Below, piece by piece: positions 50,601 to 59,100 of a stretch of DNA of 64,000 nucleotides. Location: contig OZ242326.1 in the NCBI GenBank assembly GCA_965208325.1, positions 3,104,001-3,168,000 on the forward strand, in the 5' to 3' direction. The notes beneath the pieces are model-generated. The model was not told where the DNA came from, did no database searches, and worked only from the letters and a program-made list of their open reading frames with translations. Both the position numbers and the translations under genes were made by a program. Within the stretch, counting starts at the first letter, position 1. The number at the start of each line of letters is the position of its first letter. This DNA is from Candidatus Poribacteria bacterium (lineage in GTDB: Bacteria > Poribacteria > WGA-4E > PCPOR2b).

Positions 50601-50712
50601 TAATCTCGTTCGTAATTCCGTTTTCATCAAATTTGAAATGGCGTTCCGGTTCTGCAAAAGGGGAATTGATGACAGGCTTTTCGATAACGACGGGTTTTGG
50701 GAGGGCACACAT
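47677..50712 (-). CDS. res: Type III-like restriction endonuclease/helicase (Res)
   Basis: KMATGAGKT, DEAHH, SATP, MLTEGWD, QVVGRGLR; C-terminal YIPDF...ILEVSG nuclease motif. Confidence 0.92.
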   Translation of the reverse strand: MCALPKPVVIEKPVINSPFAEPERHFKFDENGITNEIIESRRQSEYFIPVPRPKGLRANPDQGVIDFGDDWLKNDIEPNKFINEVREKVITWRRGGYRGITPITRQLLEHWNNPDREKKLFFCQIEAVETAIYITEVAKKEGAGWIENQIRDANAEANSLLFRIAFKMATGAGKTVVMAMLIAWHTLNKVANRRDKKFSDAFLILTPGVTIRERLKVLYPQARENYYKERDIVPHGHREELAQANIVIENYHKFKPRKDVSEVVGKVLKADPEVLQETPGRMVNRVLRQLKAKKNIIVFNDEAHHCYRAKQSGDEIAGVDKDEEKEMDDRNDEARIWISGIEAVNQKLGVKVVYDLSATPFFIKGAGYSREVRGGKRIAEGVLFPWVVSDFSLIDAIESGIVKVPRVPVDDSLPSASQPVNLVLWPHIKDKLPKANSRITSDVSLPEELETALRSLYGSYETYHHRWESDSKNTSPPVMIIVCNNIRVSRLVRDWVSGHKKQLPGGGESIEDGKLPLFSNAKDGNWLVRPNTILIHSGETESGEQLSGTFKRAAATEIAQFKKDYQARNPGKDPEKIKDGELLREVMNTVGKRGKMGEQIKCVISVSMLTEGWDAKTVTHILGVRAFSTQLLCEQVVGRGLRRTDYEETEPLHANPEQLTYPAQFAEVYGIPFSFIPSAGTMKRPDPKPTTHVRALQERIKWEITFPRLSGYTYPYHEDVLKVAFGEAARYEVEAIADRTTTASILGDEHIALTDLERKRVQEVDYGIAREILTRYFSDNIWLFPQLREIVRRWREEFVVYHYGAYPQLLLLDEYRREAAERIHNAIKNTARERSEIQPIFERYRQSGSTRYVAFDTALPVYETETKCHISHVTLHSGWEEDIARIFEGMDNVSSYVKNYNLDFSIPYVFDSKRSEYIPDFILHIENRENKLLNLILEVSGNPSDPKAKAKKKEKVATANSLWCPAVNNFITSVADKKTNNPFDSAQWQMLEISNLSTARTAINGFIDNVV

Positions 50713-50828
50713 ACCTCAATCTCCTTTATTCTTATTCACAATTTAGCGGCTAATGGCGTTAGAATACATAAATGGTATCTGGTCGATTTTGTTATAGTAG
50801 TTATGTCTAATGACCGCATGGTTGGGAT

Positions 50829-51038
50829 TCACGGTTTCCGTAGATAGACATTGTTAACCGGCTCATTGTAAACGGGAGCGACACGGAGATTCCTCTTTAT
50901 CAGGCGCTCAAACTCGTTGCCTACAAGGTATGAGTTAGATGCAGTGTCAATCAGAGAATTGATAGGTGCATTAAATCCGGTTTCAGTTTTACTGCTTTCT
51001 GCTTTGAAACCGCGGTAAAGCTGCGGTGTTTCTGCCAT
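50829..51038 (-). pseudogene. possible 5' remnant of a Type ISP/Mrr-like restriction-helicase gene
   Basis: GNEFERLIKRNLRVAPVY...NVYL resembles the G..FERL...L...P.Y...VWLW N-terminus of those enzymes; stops after 69 aa. Confidence 0.3.
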
Positions 51039-51117
51039 ATTTTCGCATCCTTGCTCGGCTTCAATTCTGTTGCGCTTGTCAGTGTCTGAAATTCGCTGCT
51101 AACTGTTTATTGCCGTA

Positions 51118-51474
51118 CTATACTCCATGCATAGTGCTAGCAAGTTCCTTCCTCAATCTAGATAGCTTCTTCTTACACTCTTCTAACTCTTTCTCCGCGG
51201 AATCGCATTCCGTGAGTAGCTGTCCAACTCTAGAATGTGGAAGCCAATTTGCCAGCACATCCGTCAGGCCATCTTTATTTCCACCAACAACATTACTAAC
51301 ATCACCAATTAGGATGTTTATTCTATGTTTGCAGTGGCTTCTGTTCTCTCCGGCAGGACACGTACAAAACGCCATTAAACCGGTAGCTCCCTTATAAAAA
51401 GTAACTTCATAAGGTTCTTCAGCAGAACCTTGCACTAGAACAGTTACTTTATCTATAGAATCTCTAGACTGCAA
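51118..51474 (-). CDS. SWIM zinc-finger protein
   Basis: GSAEEPYEV...CTCPAGENRSHCKH (CxC-x-CxH); AGGAGG RBS. Confidence 0.85.
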   Translation of the reverse strand: MQSRDSIDKVTVLVQGSAEEPYEVTFYKGATGLMAFCTCPAGENRSHCKHRINILIGDVSNVVGGNKDGLTDVLANWLPHSRVGQLLTECDSAEKELEECKKKLSRLRKELASTMHGV

Positions 51475-51860
51475 TCCCTTAAGCTCCTCCTATGAATTCT
51501 AAAATATGTTTAACCCCGGCTGCAGCGAATTAAGACGTTCCGGATGAATTGGCTATTGACAATTTACGCGGGGAATGTCTTTCATCTATGCATTCCACTA
51601 CTTACTTTGTTTCTGGACAATGGCGTTATACATGTTCAGTCTAGAGTTAAATTGCCATACGAATCGTCGCAGTCAGAAACTGTAAAGGTCGTCTACGTGG
51701 TTAGAAACTTGCCATCCAGGTGGCACGTGCGTAGTAACGCTTAGAATTGAATGAAGATTTGAGGTAGATGCTGTCGATACACTCTGCGCCTATCCTACCT
51801 GTTATTGGCTTGCAAGCGCTAGTGTACGTTATCCGGGTAAGTTCAATTAGTAGGAATGGT

Positions 51861-52220
51861 TTACCAGTGGGTAGTTTCCTGTTCTATTTGATAATTCCTA
51901 ATTCTCTTATAAAGGTCATTTTTCAAATTAGAAATTTCGGTCTTTTTGTCTCGAATGTATGCATCAACTGAATAATCCAATATCTCTTTCAACTCCTCCA
52001 AATTCCTAAGAGGCTGCCGAGTTTTTATAGAGAGCTCGGTAGATGTGTCGACAAGACGATTGGGTTCGCTACCCAATAAAACATTGAGTGCATGTTTATC
52101 GCATTGATCGCTTACAAACGTCTTTAACTCTGCTTCATCCATGTCCGTTAATGGCTTAACACCGAAAGTTTGACTGTATTCATTCTGAATATGTTTGAAT
52201 AATGTTTCTACCGCATTCAT
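51861..52220 (-). CDS. hypothetical protein
   Basis: 119-aa helical ORF with AGGAG RBS. Confidence 0.5.
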   Translation of the reverse strand: MNAVETLFKHIQNEYSQTFGVKPLTDMDEAELKTFVSDQCDKHALNVLLGSEPNRLVDTSTELSIKTRQPLRNLEELKEILDYSVDAYIRDKKTEISNLKNDLYKRIRNYQIEQETTHW

Positions 52221-52568
52221 CGAATCTCTCCTGCGTTATCGCTACGTTAATTTCCGTTTTTTCTGCGACGATACCGCCACAGAATCATGGTATGGGTCGT
52301 ATCTTTGCGAAAGCCTATGGGCGACAATTACCACGGCGCCGTCAAATTACTTCTAACAACCTACGCCAATTTTTGAATTACGCATTCTCGCATCGTGCAC
52401 CGTGTCAAAGCGGTTGAGGGCGTTTGCCGGGGTTGGCCACCGTGACACCCTTCAACTAATGCGATGCACCTAGTTTAACAAATCCCAATCCGTACTGTCA
52501 ACGGTTCAGTTCTCATCGGAATTCTTAATAAATAGGACGGGACGGATTTGGCATTTTAGTAAGGTTTT

Positions 52569-52874
52569 AAAAGAGTTGGGTTACGCTCTGCAAATTATTC
52601 CGAGGTCACGGTAATGGAATTGGGACGATGTTCGTTAGCAGTAGCGTTATGGCTATTACCCGCTCAACCCAACCTACAAAATCTTCATTACAAATGCGGG
52701 GCAAGATGCCCCGCCTACAGGTAGTGTAGGGTCTAGCTCCCCCTTGTCAAGCTTACTATTACCCACATCCTAATAACGGTGCTAGAATTAGCGCTCAACC
52801 CAACCGATAAGAATTATTAAAACTATCGCCTTCCCTAATCGGTCAGTTGATCCTCCTAAGTAAGGAGGGGGATT
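52569..52874. repeat. composite REP element (right island flank), degenerate direct copy of 33000-33234
   Basis: GTTGGGTTACGCTCT...GGACGATGTTCG...CGCTCAACCCAACCTACAA..CTTCAT.ACAAATGCGGGGCAAG...CCCCGCCTACAGG..GTGTAGGGTCTAGCT shared in order with the left copy. Confidence 0.8.
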
Positions 52875-52927
52875 GTTAGAGAAGACTAACGTGCTCCTTA
52901 TTCAGTCGGTTGAACGCGCCACGCAAC

Positions 52928-53479
52928 CTACAAAAATTTGCGCGAACGGAAGGTGGTTTCGCCGAACAGGGAGAGTTGGCCGCCGGTCAGACGATTGATG
53001 ATTTTAGCTTGGGACTGGGGTGTGTCGTTTTCGTCAATGTGGATCACCGGTATCTCGCCGTCAGTTAGGGTTGCGCCAATCAGCTTGCTGCGGTGGCATT
53101 TCTCCGGTTTTTTCTCGCTGCACATGACGGCAATGCGTTGTTGTTGAGAAAAAGCGGTTTTGAGGCGGTCGATTCCATCGGCGTAAAATTGCGTGGCTTT
53201 TACCATCTCGTAATCCACAACCCCGTTCACGTAACAGCTTTCATCGTCTGGATGTCCACCGAGCGTATCGCCCATGAACATATAGCGTATATTGTGTTGT
53301 TGCAATGCCTCCGCCAGCTCAGCTTTGGAAAACTCCGGTTTGTAGCGCGAATAAGGCGTCGAACGTACATCAACGAGGTATTCAATTTCATACCGCTGTA
53401 ATACCTCGACAAAGTGTTCAATGGAACGGCTTCCGTAACCGATGGTGTAAATCGGAATAGTCATGACTTTCAGGCGCAA
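52928..53479 (-). CDS. DUF488 domain protein
   Basis: IYTIGY, LVDVRSTPYS, LGG, MCSE..P.KCHRS. Confidence 0.9.
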   Translation of the reverse strand: MRLKVMTIPIYTIGYGSRSIEHFVEVLQRYEIEYLVDVRSTPYSRYKPEFSKAELAEALQQHNIRYMFMGDTLGGHPDDESCYVNGVVDYEMVKATQFYADGIDRLKTAFSQQQRIAVMCSEKKPEKCHRSKLIGATLTDGEIPVIHIDENDTPQSQAKIINRLTGGQLSLFGETTFRSRKFL

Positions 53480-53642
53480 TTAAATGGTTATACGATTAGT
53501 CTAATGCCGCATCGTTAGGGGATGTCGATAATATAGCCATTTTAGCAGAACGCCATAGTTGTATCAACCCATTTCCAGCTTTTCACCTGTATGGATGAAT
53601 TTACATGTTACTTAGCACATAGGCAGTTGAACGCTCAAGGCA

Positions 53643-53744
53643 TAGTAGCAGCCACACGCCGTGTGCCGTAATTTGCAGGGATTGCCCTGATAATAGATGG
53701 CGGCATGGTGAGGAGGGATACGGCTTACGGAGAATACCTACTAC
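53643..53744. repeat. degenerate inverted GTAG-REP pair
   Basis: TAGTAGCAGCCACACGCCGTGTGCCGT (compare 27173) and an inverted partner ending CCTACTAC at 53744. Confidence 0.5.
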
Positions 53745-53756
53745 CATTGAATCCCG

Positions 53757-53785
53757 TTGACTGCACTCTGTATACCTGATATAAT
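53757..53785 (+). promoter_or_regulatory. sigma70 promoter of the acyl-CoA ligase
   Basis: TTGACT-N17-TATAAT with extended TG; the ORF-track TTG start at 53757 coincides with this -35 box. Confidence 0.7.
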
Positions 53786-53834
53786 AATCGGGGTATGTGG
53801 GCGCAGTGTAAACACAACAACACGGAGGGGTTGG

Positions 53835-55640
53835 ATGATGGAAAATACCACAATCAATGAGCGGCTGCAAAATTCGATTAACCAACACGGATCAAAGGCG
53901 GCGCTGTCCAGCAAGGTGGATGGGGCGTATCAGGATATCTCCTACGATGAACTTGGGGATCGGGTGAAGCGTCTTTGTTTGGGTTTAATCGAGCTTGGGG
54001 TGCAAAAGGGCGATCGGGTTGCCCTGCTGTCGGAAAATCGTCCAGAGTGGGCAATCACCGATCTCGCCATTCTTGCCGCAGGCGGAGTCAACGTCCCAAT
54101 GTTCTCAACACTGACGCCTCCTCAAGTTGAGCACATCGTGAGGGATTCCGGGGCAAAGATAATCTGTGTTTCCAGTGAAAAACAGTTGCAAAAAGTGGAG
54201 GCTTTCAGAGCGGACATTGACGGCCTCCAACACGTCATCATCTTCGATGCAATAGACTCGGAAAATAGTGGCGGCGTGCTCACATTTAATCAGGTCTGCG
54301 ATTTAGGCGAGAAGGCGGAGGACGGCGATCTGGTTTACCAAAAAGCACGCGGCGCTGTCACGCCTGACGACCTCGCCACCATTATCTATACCTCCGGCAC
54401 AACGGGGCAGCCCAAAGGCGCAATGTTGACTCACAACAATTTCATGTTTAACGTACAGGCGTGTTTCGAGATTGTCGGTTTTGCCGATGAAGACGTATTC
54501 TTGTCTTTTCTTCCATTGGCGCACGTATTCGAGCGGATGGGCGGGCATTATCTGCCGCTGAGTTGCGGCGCGACTGTTGCGTATGCTGAAAGTCCGTTCA
54601 CGGTTGCGCAGAATATGAAGGAAGTTCGTCCCACCATTATGATGAGTGTGCCTCGCCTCTATGAAATGATGCATGAGAAAATTATCCGCTCGGTTCAAGA
54701 GGGGTCATCTTTAAAACAGAAGATTTTCTATTGGAGCGTGGGGGTCGGTGAAAAAGTAAGCCAAGCAATTCAGCAACAGAAAAATACTTCTCCGATTTTG
54801 GGATTAAAGTATGGTCTCGCAAACAAGCTGGTGTTCAATAAACTTCAGAGTGCAACGGGCGGGCGGTTGCGCTTCTTTGTCTCTGGCGGCGCCCCGCTGT
54901 CCAAAACCATTGCGGAATTCTTCCATGCCGCCGGCATCCTGATTCTTGAAGGCTACGGGCTGACGGAGACTTCGCCCGTGATTAGTGTAAACCGCCCGGA
55001 TCAGTGGCGATTCGGCACTGTGGGGACGCAGATTGAGGGAATTGAAGTCAAAATTGCGGAAGATGGAGAGATTCTGTCGCGCGGGCCGCACATCATGCAG
55101 GGTTATTTCAACAAGCCGGAAGAGACGGCTGAGTCTATCGACACCGATGGGTGGTTTCACACAGGCGACATCGGCGAAATGGATGCGGACGGGTTTCTGA
55201 GTATCACCGATCGGAAGAAAAATATCATCGTGCTTTCTAACGGGAAAAACGTCGCACCGCAGCCGATTGAGAATCAACTCATTCAAAGCCGATACATCAA
55301 TCAGGTGATGCTCCTAGGCGATCAACGGAAAAGCATCTCTGCACTTATCGTGCCGAATTTCGATGCGCTCAAAGCGTTTGCCGAGGAGATAGAACTGGAA
55401 GCCCAGGAAGCGGCGGAATTGATCGAGACAAAAGAAATCCGCCAACTCATCCGTAAGGAAATTGAGCAGCTCTCAACAGCGTTAGCCGACTTTGAACGCG
55501 TAAAGATGTTCACGTTGTTAGATAGAGAGTTTACCCAAGAGGCTGATGAGATGACGCCGACACTGAAACTCAAGCGCAAAGTCATACTTGAAAAATACGG
55601 AGATAAAATTGAGAAAATGTACGGCGGAGAGAGCGTTTGA
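53835..55640 (+). CDS. long-chain fatty acid-CoA ligase (AMP-dependent synthetase)
   Basis: YTSGTTGQPKG, FLPLAHVFER, EGYGLTET, TGDIG, DRKK; start moved to ATG 53835 after GGAGG. Confidence 0.93.
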   Translation: MMENTTINERLQNSINQHGSKAALSSKVDGAYQDISYDELGDRVKRLCLGLIELGVQKGDRVALLSENRPEWAITDLAILAAGGVNVPMFSTLTPPQVEHIVRDSGAKIICVSSEKQLQKVEAFRADIDGLQHVIIFDAIDSENSGGVLTFNQVCDLGEKAEDGDLVYQKARGAVTPDDLATIIYTSGTTGQPKGAMLTHNNFMFNVQACFEIVGFADEDVFLSFLPLAHVFERMGGHYLPLSCGATVAYAESPFTVAQNMKEVRPTIMMSVPRLYEMMHEKIIRSVQEGSSLKQKIFYWSVGVGEKVSQAIQQQKNTSPILGLKYGLANKLVFNKLQSATGGRLRFFVSGGAPLSKTIAEFFHAAGILILEGYGLTETSPVISVNRPDQWRFGTVGTQIEGIEVKIAEDGEILSRGPHIMQGYFNKPEETAESIDTDGWFHTGDIGEMDADGFLSITDRKKNIIVLSNGKNVAPQPIENQLIQSRYINQVMLLGDQRKSISALIVPNFDALKAFAEEIELEAQEAAELIETKEIRQLIRKEIEQLSTALADFERVKMFTLLDREFTQEADEMTPTLKLKRKVILEKYGDKIEKMYGGESV

Positions 55641-55941
55641 AAATTCGCCGAATAAGATTTTTGAAATGAATACACGTAAACATCAATTTTTTAGGGCAAC
55701 TATTTTCAAATGGACTCTCACATGTCGTGCGCTTCTTGCCAGCATCATTAAGCAGAGGCCAGAAAAGTTAATTGCGAGCCTGACTCGATTAATATTGTAC
55801 TGCTGCTCGCGCTGCGCTCTCAATTTCCAGACCGTTTGAATCTATTTCAGGCACTGTAGTAAACTCGTTGCGGCTTAGAAGAAGACCATTCATAATTTAT
55901 CGGCTATAACTAAAATCTCTTGAGTAAGGTTAATAGTTCGA

Positions 55942-56619
55942 ATGGCGGTGAACACGATGCAGTACGACAAAAACAAATTCAAAATATATGCGCTGCCGCA
56001 CCCCGCTGTCTTATTAATCTGGATACTGAACCCATTTGTGATGTTCAACGAACTGATTTTGGGCCTACGACTCCCCAAAGTCACATTGGTTGACAAAGAA
56101 AGCAATAAACCTTTGCCGGAACGTACTTACTATCCCTGCCCGCACTGTGCAGTTCTAAATGACACGCGTTGTTGGGCAAGGAGGAATGCCCTTGGTCATT
56201 GGTTTGGCTATATTTGTCCAAATTGCCATCAAATAATTCCCTGCCTATGGAGCGTTTTTAGCCTTGTCATCTTGGCGATTACTTTCCCACTGTGGTATTT
56301 CCCCGCACGATTGGTCCGCCAAAGATGGATTGAGAAAGAAAAAGAAAGATTGGCCGCTGTCCTTAAACGTCCCTTAGTTCAAGTAAAGACCATACATTGG
56401 CTTCTTATCGGAACGTTCATTTGGGGTGTATTCATGTGGATATTTGTGGAGTTTCTGCCGCAGATGAGGCAGGTTTTGAATGGAAAAGAATGGGATTTGA
56501 CAATAATGCTAGTAACGTTGCCAATTTGGTTGTCGGCTGGCTGCGCTTGGGGCTTGTTTATGGGTTTTTGGATGAATAGAAGGGGCAAAAAAGCAAAAGG
56601 AAATTCACCTGTAAAGTGA
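55942..56619 (+). CDS. membrane protein with CxxC/CxxC zinc ribbon
   Basis: CPHC...CPNC and several TM segments. Confidence 0.7.
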   Translation: MAVNTMQYDKNKFKIYALPHPAVLLIWILNPFVMFNELILGLRLPKVTLVDKESNKPLPERTYYPCPHCAVLNDTRCWARRNALGHWFGYICPNCHQIIPCLWSVFSLVILAITFPLWYFPARLVRQRWIEKEKERLAAVLKRPLVQVKTIHWLLIGTFIWGVFMWIFVEFLPQMRQVLNGKEWDLTIMLVTLPIWLSAGCAWGLFMGFWMNRRGKKAKGNSPVK

Positions 56620-56789
56620 ACCGTATGGCTTAGAGCATGTTTTCAATGTAGATAGGAAAAACCGGTTTTTTGTCATTATGACGGTCGAAATCATTGCATT
56701 TTCAAGACATTTACTTCAAGATAGTTTCTCTCGAAGGCAGATTCGGACTGTTCAAAAGTTCAAGAGATGTTTAAGTATGAGAGGAGACG

Positions 56790-57752
56790 ATGCCAACAGG
56801 CCGCATTAAATATTTCAACCGGGACAAAGGCTTCGGATTTATCGCCCAAGACAACGGCGAAGCTGATGTTTTTTTGCACGTCTCTGCCATTAACTGGGCG
56901 GACGACGAGCTAGGCGCAGGGCAACGGGTCAAATACGAAATTACCGAGGGCAAGCGGGGGCTAGTGGCGCGAAACGTTGAGGTCCTGCTTACACAACTTG
57001 AGCAAAAGTGGCTGCGTCAAGGCAAGGCGATTATTCCGCGAGACTACCCAAGATTCGCTTCACGCGAACAAAGCGAAGCCTCCGATGGAGACAATCCGGT
57101 ATCGTTTCAAGAACCGATTCGACCAGCGTCAGTTGCATCGTCTAGTGCGCAGAAATCTGAACAATCTGGTGAACTACCACCTTCGGGGCCGGACGATGAA
57201 GCAGATGCGCTGAATCAGAATTTAGTCGCATCCGATGCTCGGACCGATTCTAGGTCCGACAAACCTGAACGCGTCTCGTTTGGCACTTTATACATGCAAA
57301 AGCAAATCCGGCTCCAAACATCAATGGTTTTTGGGTTGTACAATCACGAGCAGTGCCCTTTGACAATTAGTGAATTCACGCAATCCACGTTTACGTTGCA
57401 AGGAGAAGAAGAAAGCCGGGAAATCCCGATGACGGACGTTAAATATTGTTATAAAGCTGAAGACGCGGATGCTATGTATGCGCTCATGCATTACGATGAG
57501 GAAATTAAATCGCAAAAGTTAAAGCCGATTGACGCTCAGGCGGAATGCTACCAAATCGACACACGGGAAATTCAGCTTGCGCGCAAGGAGGAATACCCCA
57601 TTGAAGTAATTATGCGCGAGGGAGAAATTTTTCGGGGTTTGGTGGATTGGGTCAGCCCATTCGAAATTAAGATAGTTTTGGAAAACGGATCTAAAGTTGT
57701 TGTTTTCAGGCATGCCGTCTGCAAGTTTCAGGCAATTCCGTCCGAAAAATGA
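56790..57752 (+). CDS. cold-shock domain protein fused to C-terminal Hfq/Sm-like domain(s)
   Basis: Residues 1-66: CSD with KGFGFI (RNP1) and VFLH (RNP2). Residues ~259-313 align to Hfq (ARKEEYPIEV.M..G..F.G.V....PF...VVFRHAV). Confidence 0.8.
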   Translation: MPTGRIKYFNRDKGFGFIAQDNGEADVFLHVSAINWADDELGAGQRVKYEITEGKRGLVARNVEVLLTQLEQKWLRQGKAIIPRDYPRFASREQSEASDGDNPVSFQEPIRPASVASSSAQKSEQSGELPPSGPDDEADALNQNLVASDARTDSRSDKPERVSFGTLYMQKQIRLQTSMVFGLYNHEQCPLTISEFTQSTFTLQGEEESREIPMTDVKYCYKAEDADAMYALMHYDEEIKSQKLKPIDAQAECYQIDTREIQLARKEEYPIEVIMREGEIFRGLVDWVSPFEIKIVLENGSKVVVFRHAVCKFQAIPSEK

Positions 57753-57761
57753 ACGAGGGAT

Positions 57762-57967
57762 TAGGGCGTGTTGACATTTGGCATCCCTTAGGTTGAATTG
57801 AACGGTTAATCGGCGGTCCCTATCTAGTACAAAGGAATCTATTGTAACACAATCTGTTAGATTGTGATCCGAGCCCGCAAACTAACAGTTTGCGCTACTT
57901 ATATCAGATTATCCAATGGTGACAACGTTTGCCGAATCAGTAGCCTCAAAATGTCAACAGAACGTAG
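57762..57967. mobile_element. MITE-like element enclosing an inverted GTAG-REP pair
   Basis: Inverted termini TGTTGACATTT (57769-57779) / AAATGTCAACA (57949-57959); internal hairpins at 57844-57866 and 57876-57898. Confidence 0.55.
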
Positions 57968-57991
57968 AGTTTCACTGAACATCTAGAGATT

Positions 57992-58633
57992 ATGCGACCG
58001 ATAGAGATTCAGAAGGATAACGAAGACGCCAGCTCAAACTTGGTAGTGAAACAGTATCGGCATCTAATGGAAGAGGTGCATCTTGAGACTCAGCGTTTGT
58101 ACGAAGCGCGAGGCAACTTCCCGTGTCCTTCCACCTGTTATGATTGCTGCCGCAACACGGCGACGATGTTAATCAGTGAAATAGAAGGGCAAGACCTCAA
58201 GGTAGGACTTAAAAAACACCCTCCAGAGATACAGGAGCATATCCGCAAAAAAGCCGAGCGCTCCGTTCGAAAGCTTGAGCAAATCGGATTTTCCCATGAA
58301 CGGATGACGAGGGACGCTGGCATGGAATCGGTCGAAGTGTTGAAAGGGAAACCGGAGGCGGAATGCCCGATGCTTATTGGGGGAGTCTGTTCGGTTTACG
58401 AACATCGTCCATTGATTTGCCGGGTGTGGGGATATCCAATCGACAATGGGCGTGAATTGGCGTGTTGCCGCAAGACATTTATCGGTCAACGCCGACTTTA
58501 TAAACCCATTGATTACGCGCGTTACTGGGACACGTGCCGAGATTTAAGCGAAAAGATTGGAGCGGAAGAGAAAACACCTAATGCTTATCTTGTGGTTCGG
58601 TTGCTCTCTGAAGAAGGGGTGACAGAAGGGTGA
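57992..58633 (+). CDS. YkgJ family cysteine-cluster (CxxxCxxCC) protein
   Basis: CPSTCYDCC, CPML..GVCSVYEHRPLICR.WG. Confidence 0.9.
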   Translation: MRPIEIQKDNEDASSNLVVKQYRHLMEEVHLETQRLYEARGNFPCPSTCYDCCRNTATMLISEIEGQDLKVGLKKHPPEIQEHIRKKAERSVRKLEQIGFSHERMTRDAGMESVEVLKGKPEAECPMLIGGVCSVYEHRPLICRVWGYPIDNGRELACCRKTFIGQRRLYKPIDYARYWDTCRDLSEKIGAEEKTPNAYLVVRLLSEEGVTEG

Positions 58634-58668
58634 GCAGGCGTGTAGCTTTAGGTACCTGCGGATTTGTA

Positions 58669-58989
58669 TTATGACGGTGGATTGGCGGGGGTTGTGTTAA
58701 GAGATCGCAGCAATTCAAAGGGATAAATGCCCGTTTTGTGTCCGTCGTTCCAAGTCAAGCGGATTGCATACCTGCCAACGGGTTGGATATTAACGACTTT
58801 AAGATTCTCAAATAAATCTTCGGAAGGCAACACCCGCAGCGGGTTTTCATTCTCTCGGACTGCTTTACAGCGGGCGCACGGGCACTTTTGCCGCAGCAAC
58901 TTATGGGAATGCTCGCTGAGATGGCCGTCGCTCCATTGTATGGTTATGCCGTCTAAAAAACGCTTTATTTGGGTTGGCTTATATATCAT
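58669..58989 (-). CDS. DUF971 / GBBH-like N-terminal domain protein
   Basis: WSDGH, LRQKCPCARC, VGRYAI...WNDGH.TGIY. Confidence 0.9.
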   Translation of the reverse strand: MIYKPTQIKRFLDGITIQWSDGHLSEHSHKLLRQKCPCARCKAVRENENPLRVLPSEDLFENLKVVNIQPVGRYAIRLTWNDGHKTGIYPFELLRSLNTTPANPPS

Positions 58990-59100
58990 GGTTTACACCA
59001 TTTTATGATATGCGGCACAATAACTTCAGAAACGGGTGTTATCCCAGTCCTGAAGTCATCAAAAGCTGAAATCCCAACCCGTCTGAAATTTTGTGAGCAA

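Noticed and set aside
33250..52560. Complete prophage
   Set aside because: No integrase, portal, capsid, tail, lysis or replication genes recognised.
53757..53834. ORF-track N-terminal extension of the acyl-CoA ligase
   Set aside because: The TTG is the -35 box of a near-consensus promoter; the RBS supports ATG at 53835.
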